The position numbers and the translations under genes were made by a program. Shown here one piece after another: positions 34,466-43,779 of a stretch of DNA of 64,000 bases. This DNA comes from Candidatus Parcubacteria bacterium (lineage in GTDB: Bacteria; Patescibacteriota; Minisyncoccia; Phycocordibacterales; UBA12088), in NCBI GenBank assembly GCA_003694545.1, contig RFKD01000051.1, forward strand, positions 4,505 to 68,504, in the 5' to 3' direction. Each line of letters opens with the position of its first letter. Position 1 is the stretch's first letter. Under the pieces are notes generated by a model. That model worked only from the letters and a program-made list of their open reading frames with translations, was not told the DNA's origin and did not search any database.

Positions 34466-35413
34466 TTGTTGCGTATGATCCGCCTTGCCTATCAAACCCT
34501 GCGCGACACCCGCCTCAGAACGCTGGACCACGATAGCCTTCGGGCTGGAGCTTGGGTGTACGCCGTCTGTCCTTCTGAAGAAGAGATTGCGTGGCTCAAG
34601 GAGCGTTGCGGTTTGGACGAGGATTTTGCGCGCGACGCGCTCGATCCGTTTGAAATGCCTCGCTATGAGGTATACGACGGCGTTGTATATTTTTTCTTGC
34701 GGTTTCCGCTTGAGAGGGAAGGAGAAAACATTACTGCGCCTGCCCTGCTTGCCGTCACGCCAGAATATGTTGTTACGCTTGCCCAAGAGCGAATTCCCGC
34801 GTGGGAAGCGCTTTTTGCCGACTCAACCACTATTGTGAGCGAAGTTCCCACGACCCAGCGCACGAAATTCTTTCTCTATCTTTTGCGGCGCGTGGTTGAC
34901 GCCTACACGGCTTCGCTGAACCATATGCAACGGCAAGTGCAACGCTACCGCACACACCCCCGCCATCTCACCGAGCGAACCATAGATATTTTTGTGCATT
35001 ATGAAAACACGCTCAACGAGTTTTTAAGCGCGCTTGTGCCAATGAGCGCCGGCATTGACCAGTTGTTGCGCAAAGCAGGGGTTCCGCTGTTTGAGGAGGA
35101 TGTTGATTTTGTTGAGGACCTCCAGCTTGCCGTCGGGCAACTGTTGGAGCGATGCCGTGCCGTCTTGAAGACAACGCAAAACATCCGCAATGCCTTCAGC
35201 GCGATTGCCACCAATCGCCTCAACCTTATCGTGAAGCGCTTGACGACGCTCACGGTTATCCTTGCGATTCTTACGGTAGTCACCTCGCTGTGGGGAATGA
35301 ATGTCCCCGTACCGTTTGCGGAGCATCCGCGGGGGTTTTGGATTGTCCTTGCGTTGGCGATGGCCATTGCAGGAGGGGTAGGGTGGTGGTTTGCGAAAAT
35401 TAGGTGGTTGTAG
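34466..35413 (+). CDS. corA: CorA-family magnesium/cobalt transporter
   Basis: C-terminal two TM helices with the signature LWGMNVPVPF (GMN motif) and an N-terminal cytoplasmic funnel domain. Confidence 0.85.
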   Translation: MLRMIRLAYQTLRDTRLRTLDHDSLRAGAWVYAVCPSEEEIAWLKERCGLDEDFARDALDPFEMPRYEVYDGVVYFFLRFPLEREGENITAPALLAVTPEYVVTLAQERIPAWEALFADSTTIVSEVPTTQRTKFFLYLLRRVVDAYTASLNHMQRQVQRYRTHPRHLTERTIDIFVHYENTLNEFLSALVPMSAGIDQLLRKAGVPLFEEDVDFVEDLQLAVGQLLERCRAVLKTTQNIRNAFSAIATNRLNLIVKRLTTLTVILAILTVVTSLWGMNVPVPFAEHPRGFWIVLALAMAIAGGVGWWFAKIRWL

Positions 35414-35441
35414 AAGATGGAGAAGGTAGGGGGCGAAGGCG

Positions 35442-36284
35442 GTGCTCTCGAGGTGTACAAAAACGTTTTGCGTGAGCTTTTCAAGGTGTTGTGCTACAAA
35501 TGCTACCATGCTAATTCATATTTGGCGTATCCGCACATACAATGGCGTTATCGCGGAAGTTGCGCCCCCTGCGCGGCGCGGGGCGCGAGGGCTGGTGGTG
35601 CTTGCGCCCGGCTGCCCCTCGGTTCCCTGTGCCAAGGAGGCGCTCATGTTTCTCGTGCGCGAGGGATTTTGGGGCGCCTATGTGCGCTATGGAGGGAGCT
35701 GGGAAAGCGAGGGGGCGTTTCTCGAGCGAGAACCCACGGATGATGTACTCGCGGTTGCCGCGGCACTGCGAAAAGGGGCGCGTGATGCGTGGAGTCGCGA
35801 AGTTGTGCGCGTGGACAATAACTTGCCGCTCTTTGTTGTTGGTGGCAGTTTTGGGGGGCCGGCCGCCTTGTTTGCCTCCGGTCGCACGGAAGTTGCCCGC
35901 GCTGTGGCGCTCTCCCCCGTGGTTGATTGGCGGGCGACACAGCGCGGCGTTGAACCCCCGCGCGAATGGCTGCGATTGTTGCGCGAGGGGTTTGGCGGAG
36001 CGTATCGGGATATTCATCAAGCGCACCTCCGCGCTCTTTCGCGCAATAGATGGTACACACCAGTTGGGGAGCCGGAGCGCGTTGATCCACGGAAAGTGCT
36101 CGTGATTCACGCGCAGGACGACCCTGTTGTGCCTTTTGAGGAAGTTGCCGCGTTCGCGCGGAAGCAGCTTATTGCGCTCACGCTCTATCGGCGCGGGGGG
36201 CATTTTGGGGTGAGTGATATCGCGCGCAACGCGCGCCTGTGGGCGCGCGTTGCGCGCTTCCTTGCAAGAACGGAGCACCCATGA
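35442..36284 (+). CDS. alpha/beta hydrolase (dienelactone hydrolase / peptidase S9-like)
   Basis: Nucleophile elbow FVVGGSFGGPAALFAS (GxSxG) and C-terminal DDPVVPFEE...GGHFG (catalytic Asp/His region). Confidence 0.65.
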   Translation: MLSRCTKTFCVSFSRCCATNATMLIHIWRIRTYNGVIAEVAPPARRGARGLVVLAPGCPSVPCAKEALMFLVREGFWGAYVRYGGSWESEGAFLEREPTDDVLAVAAALRKGARDAWSREVVRVDNNLPLFVVGGSFGGPAALFASGRTEVARAVALSPVVDWRATQRGVEPPREWLRLLREGFGGAYRDIHQAHLRALSRNRWYTPVGEPERVDPRKVLVIHAQDDPVVPFEEVAAFARKQLIALTLYRRGGHFGVSDIARNARLWARVARFLARTEHP

Positions 36285-36317
36285 AGTTTTCTTGCCAATT
36301 TGCTACTATAGCGAGGT

Positions 36318-37127
36318 ATGCACGTCACCATCATCAACGACTCGTCAGACGCGAATGCTGCCGGCCGCCAGCTTACCCGCGCGGGTGTGCTTATTAAAGA
36401 AGCATCGCTCGCGTTTGTTGGTGTTCCGGCGTTTTCTGACCTTGCGGCAGCAGGTAACCTTGTTGACGCTTTGGACGCGGCAATGGGGGAGTCAGCCGCG
36501 ATCATCGTTAATGTCGCGCCGCGGCACACGCCGCAAGCGCGCAAGCAAAAGAACGGCACCCCGTTTTGCTACTTTTTTGTTGGCGGCACACTCGTGATTT
36601 CCACGATGGAAGGTTTTACGCTTTCACTCGTAAAGAAGGTTGGCGCCTTGCGCGAAAGCACCATTCATCTTCTCGATGTGGAGCAAGTCGCGCAGGATCT
36701 CAACGCGAAAGGTAAACTCACCGCTGTTGAAGCGGCTTGGGTGAGCAACACGCAGTTTCGCAGTTATGAATTTGCGCCCCGCCTTGCTGCACGCCTTTTA
36801 GAAGGATACGAACCGCCGTCGCATTCGCTATCTGCCGATGATGTCCCCGACGCGCCGCTTGCCGTGTGGTGGATTGATAATTTTGGCAACCTCAAAACCA
36901 CTGCGCTTCCGGAAGATATCGATTTTACTCCGGGCGCAGAAATAGAAACCGCGCTTGGCACCCTGCGGTGCTATGAACAGCTGGCGCATGTGCCGCCCGG
37001 AGAGCTCGCGTGCGTGGTGGGGAGCTCCGGCTATGGAGAGCTGCGTTTCGTGGAGATTGTCGCGCAGGGCGAACGTGCTGCTGCCCTCTTAGACGGGCAC
37101 ATTGGGCAGGTATTACGTAACAGGTAG
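36318..37127 (+). CDS. SAM hydroxide adenosyltransferase (DUF62; fluorinase/chlorinase-like SAM hydrolase) family protein
   Basis: VTIINDSSDANAAGR, IIVNVAPRHTP, and WWIDNFGNLKTT (the family D-x-FGN motif). Confidence 0.65.
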   Translation: MHVTIINDSSDANAAGRQLTRAGVLIKEASLAFVGVPAFSDLAAAGNLVDALDAAMGESAAIIVNVAPRHTPQARKQKNGTPFCYFFVGGTLVISTMEGFTLSLVKKVGALRESTIHLLDVEQVAQDLNAKGKLTAVEAAWVSNTQFRSYEFAPRLAARLLEGYEPPSHSLSADDVPDAPLAVWWIDNFGNLKTTALPEDIDFTPGAEIETALGTLRCYEQLAHVPPGELACVVGSSGYGELRFVEIVAQGERAAALLDGHIGQVLRNR

Positions 37128-37173
37128 TAAACCGCAGTTTTGGATCGCGTGTTCGGCCACATCACCTCCTTGG

Positions 37174-37917
37174 CTAAGCAACACGAACAAGCTTCTGTTG
37201 TAACTCCGCGAGGGCGCGATACCACGCTGTTACCTGCTCATCTTCACGCACCGTTTTTACTCCTCCTTCCTCGGAGGAGTCGGAAAAGGGGGTGTCGGAT
37301 TCGCTGGTAAGGTTGCGTGCAACATTTAAAAACTCCCCGTGCACCGCTCGCCAGAAGTTCGCGATGGCCTCTAAAAGAAGTGTGGCGTAATTGACATAGT
37401 TCGCTTGCGGTTCAAAAAACCTGTGGCGCTCTAAAAGTTGGACGGCTTCGTGAGTGGCTTCCTTTACCTGGGCGAGCCTCTCCCCCACCTTACGTAAGGC
37501 ATCATCCCACCCCGCCTCTCCTGTTTGCAATTTTTGAAGCGAATCGCTGAGGTTACTGATTGCGTTTGAGAGGGATTCCAAGACCGTTCTGAGTTCTGCG
37601 GGGATGGAATCCTGCGCAGGGTTGCGTGTGAGTGCCTCAAAATTGGCAAGGGCGCGCCCGAGTGGCGCGAAAGGATTCAGAAGAGCCTGTAGTTGTTTTA
37701 CGCTGCCCAATTCGCGATTGCGCGCGTTCCCAACAAACACCCCCCACACCTTTTCTTTGAGCATTTCATTGGGGGTGGAAGCGAGGATGTTGAAAAAGTC
37801 GCGATATGCGCGGAGCGCCTCTTGAGATGCGTAAGTTTCCACCACCCGCTTCCACAGCCTTGCCTCTGCCTTAAGAGCGCCCCACACTTGGTCTAGTTCG
37901 GAAGGTTTACGCTCCAT
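37174..37917 (-). CDS. hypothetical protein
   Basis: ORF trimmed to MERKPSELDQVW. No recognisable domain; predicted helical. Confidence 0.4.
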   Translation of the reverse strand: MERKPSELDQVWGALKAEARLWKRVVETYASQEALRAYRDFFNILASTPNEMLKEKVWGVFVGNARNRELGSVKQLQALLNPFAPLGRALANFEALTRNPAQDSIPAELRTVLESLSNAISNLSDSLQKLQTGEAGWDDALRKVGERLAQVKEATHEAVQLLERHRFFEPQANYVNYATLLLEAIANFWRAVHGEFLNVARNLTSESDTPFSDSSEEGGVKTVREDEQVTAWYRALAELQQKLVRVA

Positions 37918-37937
37918 ATGTCGCAGGATCACGCGCG

Positions 37938-39197
37938 CTACACCACAAACTCGCCGTCGGCGTAAAGGAGGAGGGTGCCGCCTTGTTTCAGGTGCGCCGT
38001 AACCCGACGGCGAGTGGTGGAAATGATGTCGGTGTGGACCGCCGAGTCGTTGTAGCCAAGTCGCTGCCACTCTTCTTCAGAAACCTCTGCGGGGTTGCCG
38101 TCGTGCGCGTCGCGATAGGCTTTACCGAGCGCGATATGCATGTTGCCCCAGCGGCCACCCACATTCTCGTCGTAGAGTGTGTTTGCCATAAACTTCGTGA
38201 TGCGGGAGAGGCGCCGATCTGTGAGAGAAAATTCGCCGACCTTATCGGCGTTCGCCACCTTCAGCATCGCTTTAAGGTGCGCCTCGTTCGTGCGGGAGCG
38301 CGCTTTCACCACCCGCCCTTTTTCAAACCACAACTCAATCCCTTCGATTTTAACCCCTTGGCGATATAGCGGCTGGTTAAAGCGAATCCACCCTTCCGTC
38401 CCGCGCCAATCAGGGGAAGTGAATACCTCAAACGAGGGGATATTGCGGCCAGAACCGCCAAGCCAGCTCCGTTTTTCGCCGGGCACGATCTTGAGGCGCA
38501 CATCGAGCCCCTCCACCATCAGGTGGTCGACGACGGGGGTGAGCTTGTTGAGCTTGCGGACCACGTGGTCGATTTGGCGCTGAACGGCCCGCCAGCGCGC
38601 AACAGGATCCGCCTCGTCAAGAAAGCAAGCGCGAATAATTTGCCGCCAGTATTCCTTCAGAGACATTCCCGCCTCCTTGGCATAGCCTTCCGTGCCATAC
38701 AGCGCAAGGGTCCAGGTGAGCTTGCCTTCGAGTTCTTTTTGCGTGCGCCAGTCCATAAAAATCTTGCGGGCGGTTTGCGCGCGCATAATCTTCTTAGGGT
38801 CAATCCCTTCCAGCTCGCGCGGGTCGTCTTCTCCCAAGAGGTAGATGTAGTGGGTCATTTCGTCAACGAGGCCGCGGAAGTAGCGTTTGGGGGTCCAATC
38901 GAGCTGGTGCGGCTTCGCAAGCTCGAAAAAATCGCGAGAAAACTGCCAGCGATCCCAACTCTCGGGTATAAAGTTGGAAATCACATTGCCACCCGCTTTG
39001 AGAATTTCGCGGCGCACCGCCAAAAATAGCGGCTTGGTTGCCTCCGCGCCCACCAAATACACCACTTCTCCCTTGCGGATTCCCTTGCCGCCCCACAGCG
39101 CAAAGCGCACCAACACCTGCGCGTAGCGCTCAAGGACGCGGCAGGGAGGGGTGTAAGAGGTTGCGGTGGTTTGTGGTTGTTGTGAAGAGGGACTCAT
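37938..39197 (-). CDS. M29-family (AmpS/aminopeptidase T-like) aminopeptidase
   Basis: RYAQVLVRFALWGGKGIRKGEVVYLVGAEATKPLFLAVRREILKAGG at the N-terminus and a C-terminal metal-binding region (HIALGKAY...HTDII), in the AmpS/AmpT family. Confidence 0.65.
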   Translation of the reverse strand: MSPSSQQPQTTATSYTPPCRVLERYAQVLVRFALWGGKGIRKGEVVYLVGAEATKPLFLAVRREILKAGGNVISNFIPESWDRWQFSRDFFELAKPHQLDWTPKRYFRGLVDEMTHYIYLLGEDDPRELEGIDPKKIMRAQTARKIFMDWRTQKELEGKLTWTLALYGTEGYAKEAGMSLKEYWRQIIRACFLDEADPVARWRAVQRQIDHVVRKLNKLTPVVDHLMVEGLDVRLKIVPGEKRSWLGGSGRNIPSFEVFTSPDWRGTEGWIRFNQPLYRQGVKIEGIELWFEKGRVVKARSRTNEAHLKAMLKVANADKVGEFSLTDRRLSRITKFMANTLYDENVGGRWGNMHIALGKAYRDAHDGNPAEVSEEEWQRLGYNDSAVHTDIISTTRRRVTAHLKQGGTLLLYADGEFVV

Positions 39198-40175
39198 AAG
39201 TTCAAGGGACTACGCTTACTTGATTGAGCCTTGCGTAATTCAAAAATAGCGTCTTTGCCATTAATACCGAAGTAACTATAACAGCAATTTCTAATGAGGC
39301 AACATCAGGAATGAGTCGCGCGCCCTAAATTTTAGATAGGATGCTCGCAGAGGAAGTTTTTCTCTCAAGCGCAGGGCGGAGCGGGAGTTTTTCCAACATT
39401 TTTCTCCGTAGGGCCCGTTTATTCTTGAGTTCCCGCTGAGCTTGAGGATGAACGACCCGGCGGGGTCGTCATCCGGTGGAAAGAGAGAGCCACCGTAGCA
39501 TGTTTTTGTAGAAGGAGAAAAACAGATGGTTGCCCTTGCTGAGGAGTATTTGAAAAAGGGCGGCGAGATATCGCCAGTGTGGAAAAACTTTACTGAGAAA
39601 GCGCGAGAGGGGGTACGAGCGCGTCGGCTTTTCTCACTCCCTGAGCGCCTCGAGAAGCGGCGCACGCCAGAAGAGCAAGCAACTCTTGCGATCTCAATGG
39701 CAAAAAGAGGTGGGGCGCTTCAAAGAGCGAGCCGCTTCTCCTCAAGCGCAAGAGAAGTTGGAGTGCGAATCGAAGGGGGCGGAACCAGCTCAGCCCAGCG
39801 GCGTCGCGCGTTGGAGGACATATACGGGAGACCGAACCTCCGCCGTACTATTTGATCTCGGACTGGAGGTGAAGCTGCGTATCTATGGTTTGGTCACATT
39901 ACGTAACAACGAGAAGCTCCAAGAAGTGTTAGAAAAGTAGCTTCGCGTGTGCGAAGCTGTTGCTTAACGAAGCAACAGGCAAAGTAGAAGCGCTTCCGAT
40001 TGATGAAGTGCAAGACCGAGGCGTGTGAGAAATGATCGCAGCCCACGCATGATGCGTCATGGGGCATAACGCTTATTTGCGGGAACGAGGGTTAGGCAAA
40101 AACCATCTGCAGGAGGTGGTGGGTAAGACTATCTTCCGACCTGCCTTGAGTGGGAATGGAAGAGTGTGTTAGTTT

Positions 40176-41102
40176 TTGGCGCACGGTAGTATGTTTTCAC
40201 GGACGCTTACCAAACTTATTTCTTCGCGTAAAAAGGGCCCCCGAGTCCTTGTGGTGGGCGGGATGCATGGCAATGAGCCTGTTGGGGTGCGGTGGTTTGA
40301 AGCGTTTCAAGAGAAACTCGCGCGGGGCGAATTAACCCTCACGCGCGGGGAAGCACACTTCCTCTTTGGCAATCCTGAGGCGTTCGCGCGGGGGGTGCGG
40401 CACATGGGGTTTGACCTTAACCGGGCGTTCCGCCCGTCTCTGTTGGAGCAAAGCCCGCCCGCGAGCGCGGATGTCGCGCGGGCGCAGGAAATCGCGCGCC
40501 TGTTGGAAGGCGAGCAGTATGACGCGGTGGTGGATTTTCATTCCGTGAGCCGCGGGGATGTGGCGATGGTTGTAACGCGGGTGGAACGGGAAGATGACGA
40601 CAATGTGATAGCTGAAACCGCCGTCGGTGTTCCCCCTGCCTTTCCCATTATTTTTGCGTACCAAGAGGGTGATGTGCCAGGTATGTTTGTTGACTGGGCA
40701 CGTAAGCATTTGAAGGCGGAACAAGCCTATGCTGTTGAGTGCGGCAACCACACTTCGCAGTTGGGAGTTGGGCGTGTATGGGCGTTTGTGCGATGGCTCC
40801 TCGGAGAGCGGCTGGCGATGGTGGAAGGCGCATGGCCCGAGGATGCGTCGCTCGCGAACGCGCAAACAAGCCGCAAAGTGTATCGCGTGGTTGCGCGCAT
40901 TGACGCGAGTGCGGATTTTCGCTGGGAACTCCCCGAAGAACGGCTCCATTCAGAAGAGTTTGTGGAGGAGGGCGAAGTGTACGCACGACGAGAAGGGAAG
41001 GCCTTGTGCGCTCCAGAGCCTTCCTATTTGATGATGCCTGCCGTCACTTTCGCGCCGCAGGACGAAGCCATCGCGTTTTTGTGCCGTAAGGTGGGAGGGT
41101 GA
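40176..41102 (+). CDS. succinylglutamate desuccinylase / aspartoacylase (AstE/AspA) family zinc hydrolase
   Basis: KKGPRVLVVGGMHGNEPVGV (GxHGNE zinc-binding motif), FHSVSRG, and a C-terminal beta-domain. Confidence 0.7.
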   Translation: MAHGSMFSRTLTKLISSRKKGPRVLVVGGMHGNEPVGVRWFEAFQEKLARGELTLTRGEAHFLFGNPEAFARGVRHMGFDLNRAFRPSLLEQSPPASADVARAQEIARLLEGEQYDAVVDFHSVSRGDVAMVVTRVEREDDDNVIAETAVGVPPAFPIIFAYQEGDVPGMFVDWARKHLKAEQAYAVECGNHTSQLGVGRVWAFVRWLLGERLAMVEGAWPEDASLANAQTSRKVYRVVARIDASADFRWELPEERLHSEEFVEEGEVYARREGKALCAPEPSYLMMPAVTFAPQDEAIAFLCRKVGG

Positions 41103-41115
41103 TGCTATACTCCTT

Positions 41116-42210
41116 GTGATGCGGCGCATTGCTCTTCCTTTTTTACGACAGCGGGAGATGTTGCTTTGGCACAAGCCAGAAGCGTGCGAATTTGCGGATA
41201 TCGCCTATCTCACCGGTTTTCGGGGAACAACTGCGTGGGCCGCCGCAACGCCGCGGGGTGTTTGGCTTTTTGTTGACGCGCGCTATCACGAACGCGCGCG
41301 GAACGAGGCGCACGAAGGAGTGCGGGTGGTTGAAGTGCCAGCGGGAGCCAAGCCTCTTGAAGCGGTCGCGCACTTCGCGCGCGCAAAGCGCGCGCGAAGT
41401 GCGCTTGTGGACCCCTCTATTCCCGCCCTTGTGTTCCGTAGCTTGCGTCGAAAGTTGCGTGCAAGCGGCATAACAACGCGTCTTGCGCGCAAACCGCTTT
41501 TGCGCGAGGCGCGTTCGCGCAAGCGCCCCGAGGAAATCGCGGCCCTTGAACGGGCGCAAGCGCTCACTCAAGCCGCAATAGAAGCGGCGCTCGCGTCCCT
41601 TGCGCCCGGCAAAACGACCGAGCGCGAACTCGCGCTCGAGCTCGAGTGGCAGGGAAGGCGGCGGGGAGCGGAGCGCGCCGCCTTCCCTCCCATTGTTGCT
41701 TTTGGACCCAACAGCGCCTTGCCGCATGCGACGGCGCGCGACGCGCGCGTCGCACAGCGTGGCGCCCTGCTGATTGACGCCGGATTCGTGCTTGACGGCT
41801 ACTGCGGCGATTGCACGCGCACCTTTTGGATCGGCGGCAAACCCGAGCAGATGTTCCTTGCGGCGTACAACACCGTCTTTCGCGCCTACGAAGCTGCGCG
41901 TCGCGCGGCAACCTTCGCGCGCAGCGCAGAAGCGCGCGCCATTGACGCGGCGGCGCGCCAAGTGATTGACGCAAGCATCTTTCGCGGCGCCTTTCTCCAC
42001 AGCACGGGGCACGGCGTTGGGTTGGAAATTCACGAATCCCCGTTCCTTTCTCGCTGGAGCGATGAAGTTCTGGGCGGCGGAGAGGTCGTGACCATCGAGC
42101 CGGGGATTTACCTTTCGGGCAAGTTCGGCGTGCGCCTTGAGGATATGGTTGTCGCGGGAGAAGGGCGGGTGTTGGGGTCGGAGGTTCCGCGCGAGGTGAT
42201 GTGCAGGTAG
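41116..42210 (+). CDS. M24-family Xaa-Pro aminopeptidase / creatinase-fold peptidase
   Basis: Pita-bread domain motifs LLIDAGFVLDGYCGDCTRTFWIG, HSTGHGVGLEIHESP, and VVTIEPGIYLSGKFGVRLEDMV. Confidence 0.85.
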   Translation: MMRRIALPFLRQREMLLWHKPEACEFADIAYLTGFRGTTAWAAATPRGVWLFVDARYHERARNEAHEGVRVVEVPAGAKPLEAVAHFARAKRARSALVDPSIPALVFRSLRRKLRASGITTRLARKPLLREARSRKRPEEIAALERAQALTQAAIEAALASLAPGKTTERELALELEWQGRRRGAERAAFPPIVAFGPNSALPHATARDARVAQRGALLIDAGFVLDGYCGDCTRTFWIGGKPEQMFLAAYNTVFRAYEAARRAATFARSAEARAIDAAARQVIDASIFRGAFLHSTGHGVGLEIHESPFLSRWSDEVLGGGEVVTIEPGIYLSGKFGVRLEDMVVAGEGRVLGSEVPREVMCR

Positions 42211-42359
42211 CTTCTTGACCAATCGGGAGATGTTTGTTAGGATACGATCGCGCTATGAATTGCGCTTCTTTCGCACAACTCCGCTTCATTTGGATTCTCC
42301 TTAGTGGGGGGCGGGGTGCTGTGCGCATGCAATTCTAGCGCACAGGAGAGATTTCAGAA

Positions 42360-42402
42360 AAACACCCTGCCCCCTCTTCCAAAAAGAGGGGGCAGGGTGT
42401 TT
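42360..42402 (+). terminator. intrinsic-terminator-like hairpin (19-bp perfect stem AAACACCCTGCCCCCTCTT / AAGAGGGGGCAGGGTGTTT, 5-nt loop) followed by a T-rich tract
   Basis: Read directly from the sequence. Followed by gttggtctttttggtctttg. It lies downstream of the M24 peptidase gene. Confidence 0.55.
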
Positions 42403-42601
42403 GTTGGTCTTTTTGGTCTTTGATAACGATACATCGCTAAAAAGGCCCCTTGGCAACTTTCTCTTTGTCTGCCTCTTTGACACTGATGTGTGCCGGTTTT
42501 TGAAAGGTCGAGGGAGCGCGCGCTGTTACCAAAACACAACGCGCTCCCTCGCCCTTTCCCGGCACCGTGGTGGTGTTGGGCGGCGAGGCAAAGAGGGGAA
42601 G

Positions 42602-43684
42602 AAGATGGCTCAGATAAAGGTCGTGGAGCGACGCGATCATCATCTCTGCCCTCTGTTTCTGAAGGAGGGCGATACTGCTTGGCCCGAGTGGGCAAAGCGG
42701 AAGTTATGCAACGTCACACTCCCAAAATATAGCCAGGGTTGGAAGAACTATCTTTATCAGCATCGTCCGGGGGAATTCAACCCCCCAGCATTGCACGGGG
42801 GAATGTTCGTGCAGGTGGATTGCTTCCTCCTAGAGGATGGCCGAGAAATCGTAATCTGCGAGATAGAAAACTCGATCGCCGGCTACGATTTGCTTAGGAT
42901 CCTCCACCCGAATTTGGGAGATGCGTGGAGAGAGGCTCTTAACAAATGGGCCCCTGCTGGTGTGTGGGTTGTTTTCTCGCATCCCGAGAAAAAACAAAGT
43001 ACGCTGTACTTTGAATGGGGTGGTAAGCCCACTCGAAAGCAACTAGAAATGAGTGGTTTCGTCGGGATCGTTGGACCCGGCGACCCTCTTCCTCATGAGG
43101 GAAGCTTTCAGCCCAGAACTTCACGCCCTCTCTCTTGGCTCAGGCGTCCGGGCCCATACTCAGATGTGCTGCAGGACCTCTATTTAAGGCGTGCGATTTC
43201 GGAGCGTAGCATGGTGCCGAATGTGGACGACCCGAGGTGGTCTCTTTGGGACTCACGGGTGGTGAATGATTCTAAGGCGCCGTACCTTTCCCTTATTGAC
43301 GCTCAAGTTTTGGAGAGCGTCGAGGGATTCGAGGGAAAGTTCGAATATACTTGTCGCGCGAAGCCGCTTCGTGACCACTACGGTGGGTACGGGCACATCA
43401 CGATCACGCAGGACGGAAAAAGGAAAAAAAAAATCGCAGAACTCCGGCACGAGTTGAAGTGTCGTGGTCCTTACGCGATACAGAAAGAATATACTCCGCC
43501 ATCTTGTGACATTCCGGGGATCGGCCGATGCGTATATATCGACCGGGTGTTTTGTGCGCTCGACACCGACTTGCGGTGGAAATATGCTGGCGGACTACGG
43601 TGCTACATGCCGGCTTCCTGCCGGGAAGCACAGCGCAACAGAATACACGGAAACCCCGAAACTATTTGGGCTTGCATATGGTAA
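42602..43684 (+). CDS. hypothetical protein, Cys-rich C-terminus, no recognisable family
   Basis: ORF 42401..43684 trimmed to MAQIKVVERRDHHLCPLF. The C-terminal third has many Cys (CRAKP..C..C..C..C). Local GC looks lower than in the flanking genes. Confidence 0.45.
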   Translation, partial: KMAQIKVVERRDHHLCPLFLKEGDTAWPEWAKRKLCNVTLPKYSQGWKNYLYQHRPGEFNPPALHGGMFVQVDCFLLEDGREIVICEIENSIAGYDLLRILHPNLGDAWREALNKWAPAGVWVVFSHPEKKQSTLYFEWGGKPTRKQLEMSGFVGIVGPGDPLPHEGSFQPRTSRPLSWLRRPGPYSDVLQDLYLRRAISERSMVPNVDDPRWSLWDSRVVNDSKAPYLSLIDAQVLESVEGFEGKFEYTCRAKPLRDHYGGYGHITITQDGKRKKKIAELRHELKCRGPYAIQKEYTPPSCDIPGIGRCVYIDRVFCALDTDLRWKYAGGLRCYMPASCREAQRNRIHGNPETIWACIW

Positions 43685-43779
43685 GAGCCCACAAGACCCA
43701 AGCGTTTGCTTGGGTCTTCTTTTTGCTTTCAAAAACTCAAGATTTATAGTATTGTTGTGTTGAGTTCATTTGTATTTGT

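Noticed and set aside
35511-36278. 255-aa ORF on the minus strand overlapping the alpha/beta hydrolase gene
   Set aside because: It is fully antisense to a gene with clear homology, it is Arg/Pro/Ala-rich as expected of spurious frames in high-GC DNA, and it has no motif.
39850-40000. Possible tmRNA (hairpins and a GCT-TAA 'tag end')
   Set aside because: No tRNA-like 5' or 3' halves (no GGGG...TTCGAC start, no T-arm-ACCA end), and the putative tag frame gives *LRVCEAVA*.
41143-42328. Two long minus-strand ORFs (359 aa and 254 aa) across the M24 peptidase gene
   Set aside because: Arg-rich nonsense typical of antisense high-GC frames; the plus-strand M24 gene is well supported.
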